Source: Desulfatiglandales bacterium
GTDB taxonomy: Bacteria > Desulfobacterota > DSM-4660 > Desulfatiglandales > Desulfatiglandaceae
Reading direction: 5' to 3'
Length of the DNA stretch: 64,000 bases
Assembly: GCA_963666345.1 (NCBI GenBank)
Contig: OY762721.1
Location: 1 to 64,000, forward strand
A program made the translations under genes and the position numbers. The notes below the pieces were generated by a model, which saw only the letters and a program-made list of their open reading frames with translations, was not told the origin of the DNA and searched no databases. This document shows positions 29,504 through 39,418 of the stretch, one piece after another. Numbering within the stretch: position 1 is the first letter of the stretch; the number at the start of each line of letters is the position of its first letter.

Positions 29504-31051
29504 ATGAATGAAGATCTTGAAAGGCTTATCAAGGAACTGAGGGAAAAAAAGACTGCCGCCGCCGCAGGGGGTGGCGAGATGTATGTTGATAAACAGCATA
29601 AGGCGGGAAGATATACAGCCCGTGAGAGAATCGCGCATCTCCTTGATCCAGGCAGTTTCGTGGAAATGAACATGCTTGCCGCATGTGACGAAGACAGCAA
29701 AAAAGGGCTTTACGGGGATGGCGTGGTTGTGGGGTACGGGAAAATCGACGGACGTAAGGTTTGCGTCTATTCCCAGGATTACACGGTCAAGGCGGGGACT
29801 ACAGGTCCCCTTCACAGAAGTAAGATTACCGGCATCATCGACATGGCCATAAAGACGGGGTCGCCTGTTATCGGTCTGTGGGATTCTGCGGGAGGGCGCC
29901 TTGATGTGGAAAACAGACCGCTGCCCCTGTGCTGTTCTTCTATCTTTTTCAGGTGTACTCTAGCCTCCGGTCTGGTGCCTCAGATCTCTGCGATACTTGG
30001 TCCGGGAGCCGGTAATGCGGGGTATGCGGCCGCCCTGACCGACTTCATTTTCATGGTGGATAAGCGCAGCTATACCTTTGCGACCGGTCCTGTCGGGGTA
30101 AAAGAGGTGTTAGGCGAAGAAATCAGCATGGAAGATCTGGGTGGCGCAAAGGTTCACTGTCAGACATCAGGTCTGGCAGACGGCAGGTTTACCACTGAAG
30201 ATGAGTGTTTCGTGCAAATAAGGGAGTTCCTCTCCTACCTGCCTTCGAACAGGAAAAAAGCCGCTCCCAGAGGGCCTGCCGATGAAATCGTTGAGATGCC
30301 GGATGATAAGATAGGGGACCTGGTTCCCACCAATTTGCGTAAAAGCTATGACATGAAGCGGATTATCGCCCGGCTTGTGGATAGAGAAAAGTTTTTTGAA
30401 GTAAAGCCTGAATTTGCAAGAAACATTATTACAGGTTTCGGACGCCTCAAAGGACGCTCGGTCGGCGTCGTCGCCAACCAGACCCTCTTCATGGCAGGTT
30501 CACTCACGGTAGATTCCTCGGACAAAGAGGCGCGTTTCATAAGATTCTGTGACGCGTTCAATATCCCTTTAATATTTCTTGTGGATACCACCGGGTTTCT
30601 TCCAGGTTCACAACAGGAACATGCGGGAATATTGAGACATGGAGCCAAGGTACTGTATGCAATAAGTGAATCCGTAGTGCCCAAGATTGCTGTCCTGATC
30701 AGAAAGGCCTATGGCGGTGCAAAGCCTGCCATGGGAATAGACAAGGATATCGGTATCGACCATATATATGCCTGGCCCACGGGTGAATCGGCCATAATGG
30801 GAGCCGAGGGTGTTGCAAATGTTATATACGGCAAGGAGATCGCCGGAGCCGAGAACCCTGAAAAACTCAGGGAACAGAAGGTAGAAGAATTGAGGAAAGC
30901 TGCCAACCCCTATCCAATGGTCTACGGTGGGCTTGTGGACGATATCATCGAACCGGCTGAGACAAGGCGGAGATTAATCGAGACCCTTGAAGCTCTGGCT
31001 GAGAAGGAAGAGATCAGACCTCCCAAGCGGCATGGCAACATTCCGCTTTGA
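29504..31051 (+). CDS. Acyl-CoA carboxylase/decarboxylase carboxyltransferase subunit (CT-1)
   Basis: ARERI, GDGVVVGYG, FIRFCDAFNIP, RKAYGGA and HGNIPL motifs. Confidence 0.9.
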   Translation: MNEDLERLIKELREKKTAAAAGGGEMYVDKQHKAGRYTARERIAHLLDPGSFVEMNMLAACDEDSKKGLYGDGVVVGYGKIDGRKVCVYSQDYTVKAGTTGPLHRSKITGIIDMAIKTGSPVIGLWDSAGGRLDVENRPLPLCCSSIFFRCTLASGLVPQISAILGPGAGNAGYAAALTDFIFMVDKRSYTFATGPVGVKEVLGEEISMEDLGGAKVHCQTSGLADGRFTTEDECFVQIREFLSYLPSNRKKAAPRGPADEIVEMPDDKIGDLVPTNLRKSYDMKRIIARLVDREKFFEVKPEFARNIITGFGRLKGRSVGVVANQTLFMAGSLTVDSSDKEARFIRFCDAFNIPLIFLVDTTGFLPGSQQEHAGILRHGAKVLYAISESVVPKIAVLIRKAYGGAKPAMGIDKDIGIDHIYAWPTGESAIMGAEGVANVIYGKEIAGAENPEKLREQKVEELRKAANPYPMVYGGLVDDIIEPAETRRRLIETLEALAEKEEIRPPKRHGNIPL

Positions 31052-31108
31052 TTAAATCCGAGAGCTGATTGATTGTTTAAATAACCAGCAAGTTCAAGGA
31101 GGCAGATC

Positions 31109-32815
31109 ATGAAACAGGATCAATCTTTCCCGATAGCAGGTTTTCAATATCAACTCATATTAAAACATCTCCTGATCCATGCGGCCAAAATGAGACCCGA
31201 GGGAGAAATAGTCTACAAAGATGTTGTAAGAGAAAATTACGAGCAACTCTACGAAAGGTGCCAGCGCTTTTCAAACGCCCTGAGCGGCCTGGGCGCAAAA
31301 AAGGGATCAAAGGTCATATGCTTTGAATGGAACACTCACCGCTTTCTTGAGGCATATTTTGCGGTTCCATGCATGGGCGCGATGATTCATATGGGAAACC
31401 CCCTTCTTACCCCTGAACAGATGGTCTATCTCATAAACCGGGTGGAAGATGACATTCTTGTATTTAATAAGGACTTTCTTCCTACGATAGAGGCTATTCA
31501 CCACAGGTTGAAGACTGTAAAGCATTATATAATTTTGAGCGATGACGGGGAGATACCAGAGACCTCCGTCCAGCCTCTTTATGAATATGAAAAACTGATC
31601 GGTTCAGCACCCTCCGTATATGAATATCCGGACCTGGATGAAAATACCGTGGCCTCACTGAGCAATACGACGGGGACTACCGGAGATCCTAAAATATGCT
31701 TTTTCACGCACAGACAACATATTATGCATACCCTTATCTGGTCCAATATGCTTCAGGGATTCGAGGGTGAGCGTGGTCTTGATCCACGCCGCGACATGAC
31801 GATACAGCTCGTACCCATGTTTCACGCTCACGGCTGGGGAGTCCCTTACATGGCTACTTTCCTCGCGTGCAAACAGGTCTATCCAGGGAGGTTCGAGGCA
31901 AAGAGTTTTCTTGAAACCCTGAGGAGTGAAAAAAGAGAAGGGCAAAGCGCCTATATAGCATGCGTTGCCACCATGCTCAATATGATCATATCCCATCCGG
32001 ATATCGAACAGTACAAAGACTCACTCCGGGGGCTTATATATGAAGGCGGCGGCATGAGACTCAACACGATGCTTGCAAAAAGGGCAAAGGACCTGGGGAT
32101 AGACATATGTTCAGGCTGGGGCATGACGGAGGTCTATACCAAGGTCGGACTTCAGTACCTCAAACCGCATATGTTCGACTGGCCCGAGGAGAAGAAGATT
32201 GAGTTTCTGAGCGGAACCGGTATGGCGCCTCCTTTTGTGGAACAGAGGGTAGTCGATGAACAGGGAAAGCATGTGCCGAAAGACGGAAAGACGGTAGGTG
32301 AAATCGTTCTCAGGGCCCCTTGGCTTACCATGGGTTACTACGGTGAGCAGGAAAAATCTGAAGAGCTGTGGAGGCATGGATGGATGCATTCCGGAGACAT
32401 GGCCACTATTGATTCAGAGGAAAGTGTGCTGATCATAGACCGGTCCAAGGATGTCATAAAAAGCGGAGGAGAATGGATCTCGAGCCTTACCCTGGAAAAC
32501 CTTATAAACATGCACCCCAAGGTCCAGGAAGTGGCTGTGTTCGGAGCACAGTCGGAAAAATGGGGTGAAAGGCCTGTGGTCCTCCTGGTGCCGGGGGAAA
32601 AATACAAAGATAACATAACCGAAGAGGAAATGAAGGAGCACCTGTACCAATACGTGGACGAGGGTAAAATTTTAAAATGGTGGATACCTGAACGGTTTGT
32701 ATTCCTTGACAAGATACCTCGAACGAGCGTCGGAAAGTTCGATAAAAAGGTCATGCGGAAACAGTATGGTGATATACTGGATAAAAACAATGCCGGGACA
32801 AAGTTAAGGAAATAG
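31109..32815 (+). CDS. Medium/long-chain fatty acid-CoA ligase
   Basis: TTGTTGDPK, PMFHAHGWG, GWGMTE, DRSKDVIKSGGEWISS and PRTSVGKFDK motifs. Confidence 0.9.
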   Translation: MKQDQSFPIAGFQYQLILKHLLIHAAKMRPEGEIVYKDVVRENYEQLYERCQRFSNALSGLGAKKGSKVICFEWNTHRFLEAYFAVPCMGAMIHMGNPLLTPEQMVYLINRVEDDILVFNKDFLPTIEAIHHRLKTVKHYIILSDDGEIPETSVQPLYEYEKLIGSAPSVYEYPDLDENTVASLSNTTGTTGDPKICFFTHRQHIMHTLIWSNMLQGFEGERGLDPRRDMTIQLVPMFHAHGWGVPYMATFLACKQVYPGRFEAKSFLETLRSEKREGQSAYIACVATMLNMIISHPDIEQYKDSLRGLIYEGGGMRLNTMLAKRAKDLGIDICSGWGMTEVYTKVGLQYLKPHMFDWPEEKKIEFLSGTGMAPPFVEQRVVDEQGKHVPKDGKTVGEIVLRAPWLTMGYYGEQEKSEELWRHGWMHSGDMATIDSEESVLIIDRSKDVIKSGGEWISSLTLENLINMHPKVQEVAVFGAQSEKWGERPVVLLVPGEKYKDNITEEEMKEHLYQYVDEGKILKWWIPERFVFLDKIPRTSVGKFDKKVMRKQYGDILDKNNAGTKLRK

Positions 32816-32823
32816 AATTACAT

Positions 32824-34359
32824 ATGGAAAAGATCAAAGGGCTTCAAAAGAAAAAAAATGCCATTATCAAAGGGCTTGATCCTGATGCGAAGAAAAGGGC
32901 CTTTTACGATAAAGGTATGTTTCCGCCCAGAGAGAGAATTGCCAGACTTCTTGATGAGGGCACGTTCAACGAACTGGATATGCTTGCGACTCATCATTAT
33001 ACGGAATTTGGCATGGACAAGAAAAAAATCCCGGCCGAGGGAGTGATTACCGGATTCGGGGAAATCAACGGAAGAAAGGTGGCTCTTTATGCCCAGGATT
33101 TTTCAGCCCTTGGAGGCACCTACGGTGATATGCACGGAAGAAAGATATGCGCAATAATGGACCTGGCGGCAGAGGCCGGTGTTCCCGTAATCGGCATATG
33201 CCACTCGGGTGGACTTAGGCTTCATGAAACTCTTGGCCCTATGGAGATGTTCGGGCAACTTTTCAAAAGAAATAGTATATACTCGGGGGTCGTTCCGCAG
33301 ATATCAATCATCCTCGGAGTCGTGGCAGGCGGCCAGGCCTATTCCCCGGGGCTTACAGACTTTGTACTAATGACTGAGAGAAGTTCTATATACATAGCCG
33401 GTCCGGCATTTGTCAAGGCTCAGACCGGTCAGGAGATAAGCGACCGGGAGCTTGGAGGCGGTGCGATGCACGCCGGAACGAGCGGGCTGGTGGACCTCCT
33501 CGCCAATGACGAGGAAGAGATCTTTCAAGAGGCACGAAAACTTTTCGAGTTTCTTCCTCTTAACTGCCGGGAGTCGCCCCCAGTCCTGCCATGTGACGAC
33601 GACCCTGAAAGAAGAGACGAGTCTCTTAACGCTGTCGCACCCGAAGAGTCTTTCAGACCCTTTGACATGCATAAGGTCATAAATCGGGTGCTTGACAGGT
33701 CGTCGTTTTTTGAGACAAAACAGTTATTCGCAAAAAATATGATCACAGGTTTCGGCCGTCTTTCCGGACGAACCGTGGGGATCGTTGCAAACCAGCCCGA
33801 TTGTCTCGGAGGGGTCATTGACATAAAGGCGGCTGAAAAGGCCGCCCGCTTCGTGAGGTTTTGCGATGCATTTAATATCCCGATTGTTACTTTTCAGGAC
33901 TCCCCCGCCTATCTCATCGGAAAAGATATGGAGGAAGGGGGGATGATATACAAAGGAGCAAAGCTTCTACACGCGTATGCAGAGGCGACCGTTCCCATGA
34001 TAACCGTGATTATAAGAAAGGCTTATGCAGGTGCATATATTGCCATGGGAAGTCAATACATAGGTGCCGATCTCGTTTATGCATGGCCTGGAGCAGAAAT
34101 ATCAAGCGTGTCTCCCAAGACCGCTGCAAGCATTCTTTTCAGAAATGATATTGAAGATGCTGATGAGGAAAGTATCAGGCAATTGCATAACGATTACTAT
34201 GAAAATTATGTGAATCCTTTCAAGGCGGCCTCACTTAGACATATAAATGATATAATCGAACCGGCCGATACAAGACCGGTTATAATAAAGGCACTTTGCC
34301 TGCTTGAAAACAAAAAACAGATAAGGCCTTACAGAAAACATGGCAATATACCGCTATAA
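32824..34359 (+). CDS. Acyl-CoA carboxylase/decarboxylase carboxyltransferase subunit (CT-2)
   Basis: RERI, AQDFSALGG, AGGQAYSP, FVRFCDAFNIP and HGNIPL motifs. Confidence 0.9.
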   Translation: MEKIKGLQKKKNAIIKGLDPDAKKRAFYDKGMFPPRERIARLLDEGTFNELDMLATHHYTEFGMDKKKIPAEGVITGFGEINGRKVALYAQDFSALGGTYGDMHGRKICAIMDLAAEAGVPVIGICHSGGLRLHETLGPMEMFGQLFKRNSIYSGVVPQISIILGVVAGGQAYSPGLTDFVLMTERSSIYIAGPAFVKAQTGQEISDRELGGGAMHAGTSGLVDLLANDEEEIFQEARKLFEFLPLNCRESPPVLPCDDDPERRDESLNAVAPEESFRPFDMHKVINRVLDRSSFFETKQLFAKNMITGFGRLSGRTVGIVANQPDCLGGVIDIKAAEKAARFVRFCDAFNIPIVTFQDSPAYLIGKDMEEGGMIYKGAKLLHAYAEATVPMITVIIRKAYAGAYIAMGSQYIGADLVYAWPGAEISSVSPKTAASILFRNDIEDADEESIRQLHNDYYENYVNPFKAASLRHINDIIEPADTRPVIIKALCLLENKKQIRPYRKHGNIPL

Positions 34360-34514
34360 TTATCGCCTGGGCCGGGACGATTAATTTCTTAATCTCACAT
34401 AATGAGTTTGTGACAACTTATTATAATCGTTGTGGTTTGATGCCTTTTAACAGGGATGCCACAAAATTTTATCGCCTTTAGCCCATCGTGATTGGTTTCT
34501 ATTGGAGGTAGTAG

Positions 34515-35687
34515 ATGGATTTTGAATTTACCGAGGAAATAAAGGCCATTCAAGAAACGGCAAGGATATTCGCCCGCAAAGAAATCCTTCCCAGGGTGTC
34601 AAAGGATGAACAGGAGCACCTCTTTCAGCGGGATATTATAAAAAAGATGGCTGAACTGGGATTTTTCGGCTGCCCTATACCTGAAGAATACGGCGGATCA
34701 GGCCTCGGATTTCTGGCTCACGCCGTGGTAACCGAGGAAATTTCAAGAGTAAGCGGATCGGTCAGGGCCGCATTCAACATGCAGACAATGGGAACGGCCA
34801 GGGAGATATCCCAGTTTGGAACCGTAGATCAAAAGCAAAGATATATCAAAGGACTTGTAAGTGCTGAAAAGCTGGGATGCATCGGTATAACCGAAGCAAA
34901 CGCAGGTTCCGATGTGGGTGCCATAAAGACAAGCGCTGAGAAAAAGGGGGACAGGTATATCCTGAAAGGATCAAAGAACTGGATTACCTACGCCCAGGTT
35001 GCCGATATCGGTATCATATATGCCTACACGGATCCCTCTGTTCGCTATAAAGGAATGTCGGCATTCATCGTTGAACTTGACTCAAAAGGAGTAAGTTCAG
35101 GGCCGAGCGCTTCAAAGATGGGCTGGAATTCATGCCCCACCGGGGAACTTTTCTTTGACGACGTGGAGGTGCCGCGTGAAAACCTTCTTGGAGGTGAAGA
35201 AGGCAAAGGTTTCGAACATGTAATGTCAAGCCTGAACAATACCAGGCTGACAGCTGCCGCCGGTGCCGTGGGTGTCTGTCAGGGTCTCATAGATGAGACG
35301 AAGTTATACGCGACTCAGAGGGAACAGTTCGGCAAAGAGATAGGTGAATTTCAGATGGTGCAGGAGGAACTGGCCCGTATGCTGGTCGAAACAGAAGCGG
35401 CGCGGCTGATGGTCTACAAATCCGCTGCCCAGAAAGACAATGGAAACACCGGAAACGTGCTTGAGACGGTGATGGCCAAGTATTACTCCTGTGACGTAGC
35501 CTCCAGGGTTGCTGACAGTGCTTTAAGGCTTATGGGGGCATACGGCTATTCAACCGAGTACCCTGTAGAAAGGATGTTCAGAGAGGCAAAACTTTACCAG
35601 ATCCTGGAAGGATCCGCAAATGTCGGTAAGATGATAATAGCTACCGATGCCTTGGGCTACAGGAGGGCGAACAGGCAGACAGTGTAA
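34515..35687 (+). CDS. Acyl-CoA dehydrogenase, glutaryl-CoA dehydrogenase (non-decarboxylating)-like
   Basis: ITEANAGSD, SLNNTRL.AAAG, AYGYSTEYPV, EGSAN and DALGYRRANR motifs. Confidence 0.87.
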   Translation: MDFEFTEEIKAIQETARIFARKEILPRVSKDEQEHLFQRDIIKKMAELGFFGCPIPEEYGGSGLGFLAHAVVTEEISRVSGSVRAAFNMQTMGTAREISQFGTVDQKQRYIKGLVSAEKLGCIGITEANAGSDVGAIKTSAEKKGDRYILKGSKNWITYAQVADIGIIYAYTDPSVRYKGMSAFIVELDSKGVSSGPSASKMGWNSCPTGELFFDDVEVPRENLLGGEEGKGFEHVMSSLNNTRLTAAAGAVGVCQGLIDETKLYATQREQFGKEIGEFQMVQEELARMLVETEAARLMVYKSAAQKDNGNTGNVLETVMAKYYSCDVASRVADSALRLMGAYGYSTEYPVERMFREAKLYQILEGSANVGKMIIATDALGYRRANRQTV

Positions 35688-36071
35688 TGCCAGGAATATT
35701 TTGCTTGACTAGGCCATTTAAATATCAATATATTACATGAAAATGCTCATTAAATTCATAGGTTATATGTCTTTTTCGGTTTAATCGCCTGGATTTCCTC
35801 TTCTCTTCTCTTTTTTCTGCCTTTAGCTCCTATCAGGCGAAACAAGTAACCCTAACGTCTACACCCTGGTTACAAAGATCGTTAGTGCTGTCTGTCATCA
35901 AAACCCCTTGGAATTTGACGAGTGGTCCTGCAGGCATTGGTTTCGGTTTATATGTCGCTCTTGCCTTGGTTGAGGGGGCCCATCAAAATAAATCTGTTTC
36001 ATTATAAGGGGTAAATTCCAAGACGCTTTTATTTTATCCATAAACATATAGGCTTAAAAAAAGAAGCACTC

Positions 36072-36115
36072 TTGACATATCCTAATCAGTTATGTAGTGG
36101 TATAACAACAGACAT
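36072..36115 (+). promoter_or_regulatory. Promoter with FadR/GntR-type operator upstream of the TRAP operon
   Basis: TTGACA at 36072; TAGTGGTATAACAACAGACAT (36095-36115) matches 18758-18778 at 18 of 21 positions. Confidence 0.6.
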
Positions 36116-36323
36116 TACAAAATGACACAGCGCTTTCATCAAAACCAGCATTAAGACAACGCAAAGGGGGTGGTAAGTCCTCTTAGGAGGTTGGTTTATT
36201 TACCTTTCTGTTTCCTTATGCTTCAGCAATAAGACTTCCAGCCGCTTTTAAGAGCGGGAAGAATCTGTTTGCGTATCAGGAAACAGGTCTCAAATCATTC
36301 ACACCCAAGAAAGGGGGATCATT

Positions 36324-37376
36324 ATGGTAAAGGCATCAAATAAACACACATACGTTACCCTTTTGTTATCCTTAACCATCATTGCGGCTCTTCTTTTCAG
36401 CCTCGCTCCTCAAGCAACAGCAGGAAAAGTACATGAATGGAATTTCTCCCTGTGGGGCGGAAAAAGGGCGTGGAGTTCACCCCTTCATGAATGGGCGGCA
36501 GATATTGAGAAATTTACCAACGGCGGCTGGAAAATCAAACTCCATTATGGAGGAGTTCTGTCACCTCCCAAAGAAAACTGGGACGGAATAAGGGCTGGAA
36601 TGTTCGAGGCGGCGGGGATATGCTGCGCCTATCAGCCAGGTAAAAACCCCCTGCATACCGTAAGCGAACTTCCTTTTATCGCACCTACAGAGAATCGGGA
36701 TATTATACAGATGATGGTGGAGTTGTGGAAGCACCCTGCGCTCAAAAAGGAACTGATGAAATGGAATGCCGTTCCTCTGCTTCCAAGCGCATTGTGCCAG
36801 TATCACATCATGGGCAATAAGCCGGTAAGGACCGTAGCGGATTTGAAAGGTTACAGGATCAGAATGGGAGGAGAAATTGCCAAAGTATTGAAGGAGTTTG
36901 GAGCCGTACCGACCCTGGTTCCCGCTCCCGAAGTATATGAGGCGGTATCCAGAGGCACCATCGATGGCGCGGGTTTCCCCTATACCTATGGCTACGGTGC
37001 GTTCAAGACCTATGAAGTTTCCAAGTATTTGACCATCCCGATGTCTCTTGGAACCATGTCTTGTATCTATGTGGCCAACAAGGATGCCTGGGATGCACTG
37101 CCGGCGGAATGGAAGAAATACCACATGGAGAAATGGTACTACAAAGCACCGGAGATATGGCATCAGGAATTTAAGAAGGCGGATGACAAGTGGATCCCGA
37201 TCTTCAAAAAGCATCTGGAGTTCATAGATTTTCCGAACTCGGAAAGAGAAAAACTGGTTGCCAAGGCCAAAGAGGTCTATGAGAAATGGATTAAGGCTCG
37301 AGAAAAAGAGGGCCTTCCCGGAAGGGACGTCCTTAACTATTACCTGGAAAAAAGAAAAGAATTGATAGGACAATAG
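36324..37376 (+). CDS. dctP: TRAP transporter substrate-binding protein
   Basis: Signal peptide; DLKGYRIR, GAVPT and EVYEAVSRGTIDG motifs. Confidence 0.88.
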   Translation: MVKASNKHTYVTLLLSLTIIAALLFSLAPQATAGKVHEWNFSLWGGKRAWSSPLHEWAADIEKFTNGGWKIKLHYGGVLSPPKENWDGIRAGMFEAAGICCAYQPGKNPLHTVSELPFIAPTENRDIIQMMVELWKHPALKKELMKWNAVPLLPSALCQYHIMGNKPVRTVADLKGYRIRMGGEIAKVLKEFGAVPTLVPAPEVYEAVSRGTIDGAGFPYTYGYGAFKTYEVSKYLTIPMSLGTMSCIYVANKDAWDALPAEWKKYHMEKWYYKAPEIWHQEFKKADDKWIPIFKKHLEFIDFPNSEREKLVAKAKEVYEKWIKAREKEGLPGRDVLNYYLEKRKELIGQ

Positions 37377-37382
37377 ACCATA

Positions 37383-37419
37383 AAAGACGCCGGAGGAGTT
37401 TCAATCCTCCGGCATCTTT
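37383..37419 (+). terminator. Intergenic hairpin after dctP (partial terminator or mRNA stabiliser)
   Basis: AAAGACGCCGGAGGA / TCCTCCGGCATCTTT inverted repeat. Confidence 0.6.
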
Positions 37420-37451
37420 GAGTCGGAAGAACAGAACCATATGAGGATGAA

Positions 37452-38030
37452 ATGACAAATGAAAAAGATGCCCCTCAGGAGATACTGGATCAACCTGCAT
37501 GGAAACGTTGGGGCCTTGTAAGGGTAATCAACAGCAAGGTCAGGATAGTTGAAGATTGGCTCAATCTCTGCTCGGTTTTCATAATTATGTTCCTCATGTT
37601 TTTTGCAACTGCAGAGATCATAGGCCGCTATGTCTTTAACTTTCCTATTCCGGGCCACGTCGAGATAGTCGAGCTCATAATGGCGGGTATCGTGTTCCTC
37701 GGCATAGCATATACTCAGCGGGTGGGTGGGCACATCAGGATGGAACTCTTTGTCACGCAGGTCCTTAAAGGCAGGGGCTATCATATGGCTGAAATCATTA
37801 CCTCCACCCTATCCCTGTTCGTATATATATTCATAATGTATTATTCCTTCAGGAGTACACTTTATTCTATGGAAGTCGGAGATACTACCGCTTACCTTTA
37901 TTGGCCCACATGGCCGTCAAAAATGCTTATACCCATAGGCTGCCTTTTTCTGTGCATTCGATTCATGATAGAGATCATTCAGCACCTGTGCCAGTTCATT
38001 GCCGGAACTGAGATGAGAAACCTTGATTAG
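37452..38030 (+). CDS. dctQ: TRAP transporter small permease
   Basis: 4 TM segments; GRYVFNFPIPG and GGHIRMEL motifs. Confidence 0.88.
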   Translation: MTNEKDAPQEILDQPAWKRWGLVRVINSKVRIVEDWLNLCSVFIIMFLMFFATAEIIGRYVFNFPIPGHVEIVELIMAGIVFLGIAYTQRVGGHIRMELFVTQVLKGRGYHMAEIITSTLSLFVYIFIMYYSFRSTLYSMEVGDTTAYLYWPTWPSKMLIPIGCLFLCIRFMIEIIQHLCQFIAGTEMRNLD

Positions 38031-38048
38031 ATACCGGGAGGATAGCTT

Positions 38049-39353
38049 TTGGAACCAATAACAATGGGTATATTTGGCCTTTCAGCCATCTTTATCCTTG
38101 TAGTGCTGGGAATGAGAATCGCCTTTGCCACAGCCCTTGTAGGTTTTGTCGGAATATGGTCCATGAAAAATATCGTGGTGGCAGGCAAAGTGCTCGGCTT
38201 TCTGCCTCATGCCATAGTAGCGCACTACTCACTGAGCGTCATCCCTCTTTTTATCATTATGGGATATTATGCGTACTACGCAGGCTTGACCGATGACATA
38301 TTTCATACGGCCAGACAGTGGATCGGCCACCTGCCCGGAGGGCTGGCCATAGCGACCGTATTCGGATGCGCGGGTTTTGCCGCATGCACAGGCGCCAGCA
38401 CGGCATCGGCTGCCATAATGGGAAGGGTAGCCATCCCTGAAATGAGGAAGTATGGATATCACCCCCGGCTTGCTGCCGGTGTTGTAGCAGCCAGCGGCAC
38501 CCTGGCATCACTAATCCCCCCGAGTGTCGTATTGGTGATATATGGAATAATAACAGAGCAGTCAATCGGTGCTCTGCTAATAGGCGGTTTCATACCTGGT
38601 GTAATATCCGCCGTCATTTATGCGGGCATGATATATGCCAGAGTAAAGATAACGCCTGAACTCGGTAAGTTGCAACCTGCGGTTTCCTGGGGGGAAAGGT
38701 TCAGGTCCCTGAAGGGGACATGGGGCGTGATGTTGCTGATAATACTTATCGTAGGGGGGATCTATTCGGGGGTGTTTACCCCCACCGAGGCTGGGGGGGC
38801 AGGGGCATTTGGTGCCTTTCTAATGGCCCTGGCCATGAGAAGACTTACATTGGCCAGGTTCAAAGAGTCCCTCCTTGAAACAGGCCATACCACAATCATG
38901 ATTTTTTCCATAATAGTCGGAGTGCTCATATTCGTAAGGTTCCTTGCCCTTACGGGGCTTCCCAGGGAGTTTTCCGAGTTTGTACTGGAGCTTCCCCTGC
39001 CGCCTATTGTGGTGATTTTCATGATTCTAGGGATATATGTTTTTCTTGGAATGTTTCTTGATGCCATAGGGATGATGATGCTCACTCTTCCTATTGTTTT
39101 CCCCTCGGTCGTTGCCCTCGGGTTTGACCCTATATGGTTCGGGATAATTCTTGTAAAGATGTGCGAAATCTGTCTTATAACTCCTCCGGTTGGGCTTAAC
39201 GTCTATATCGTGAGAAGCGTTGCCCCTGACATCCCGCTGGAAGAGATATTCAGAGGGATAATCCCTTTTCTTGCAATGGATATACTAACTGTTATACTCT
39301 TTGTCTTGTTCCCTCAGATTATTACCTTTCTGCCGGGCAAGATGGGAATGTAG
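38049..39353 (+). CDS. dctM: TRAP transporter large permease
   Basis: IPLFIIMG, GTLASLIPPS, FTPTEAG and ITPPVGLN motifs. Confidence 0.92.
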   Translation: MEPITMGIFGLSAIFILVVLGMRIAFATALVGFVGIWSMKNIVVAGKVLGFLPHAIVAHYSLSVIPLFIIMGYYAYYAGLTDDIFHTARQWIGHLPGGLAIATVFGCAGFAACTGASTASAAIMGRVAIPEMRKYGYHPRLAAGVVAASGTLASLIPPSVVLVIYGIITEQSIGALLIGGFIPGVISAVIYAGMIYARVKITPELGKLQPAVSWGERFRSLKGTWGVMLLIILIVGGIYSGVFTPTEAGGAGAFGAFLMALAMRRLTLARFKESLLETGHTTIMIFSIIVGVLIFVRFLALTGLPREFSEFVLELPLPPIVVIFMILGIYVFLGMFLDAIGMMMLTLPIVFPSVVALGFDPIWFGIILVKMCEICLITPPVGLNVYIVRSVAPDIPLEEIFRGIIPFLAMDILTVILFVLFPQIITFLPGKMGM

Positions 39354-39394
39354 GCTCCCCCGGTTTCTTCACCGGGCTGGGGTATATGACCAGC

Positions 39395-39418
39395 CATCCC
39401 CCTTTTCAAAGGGGGATG
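39395..39418. repeat. Perfect short inverted repeat after dctM (terminator or REP-like)
   Basis: CATCCCCCTTT-TC-AAAGGGGGATG. Confidence 0.5.

Noticed and set aside
36561..37373. 270-aa antisense ORF over dctP (also 22422-23066 and 54846-55526)
   Set aside because: Shadow ORFs opposite well-supported genes, with no motifs.
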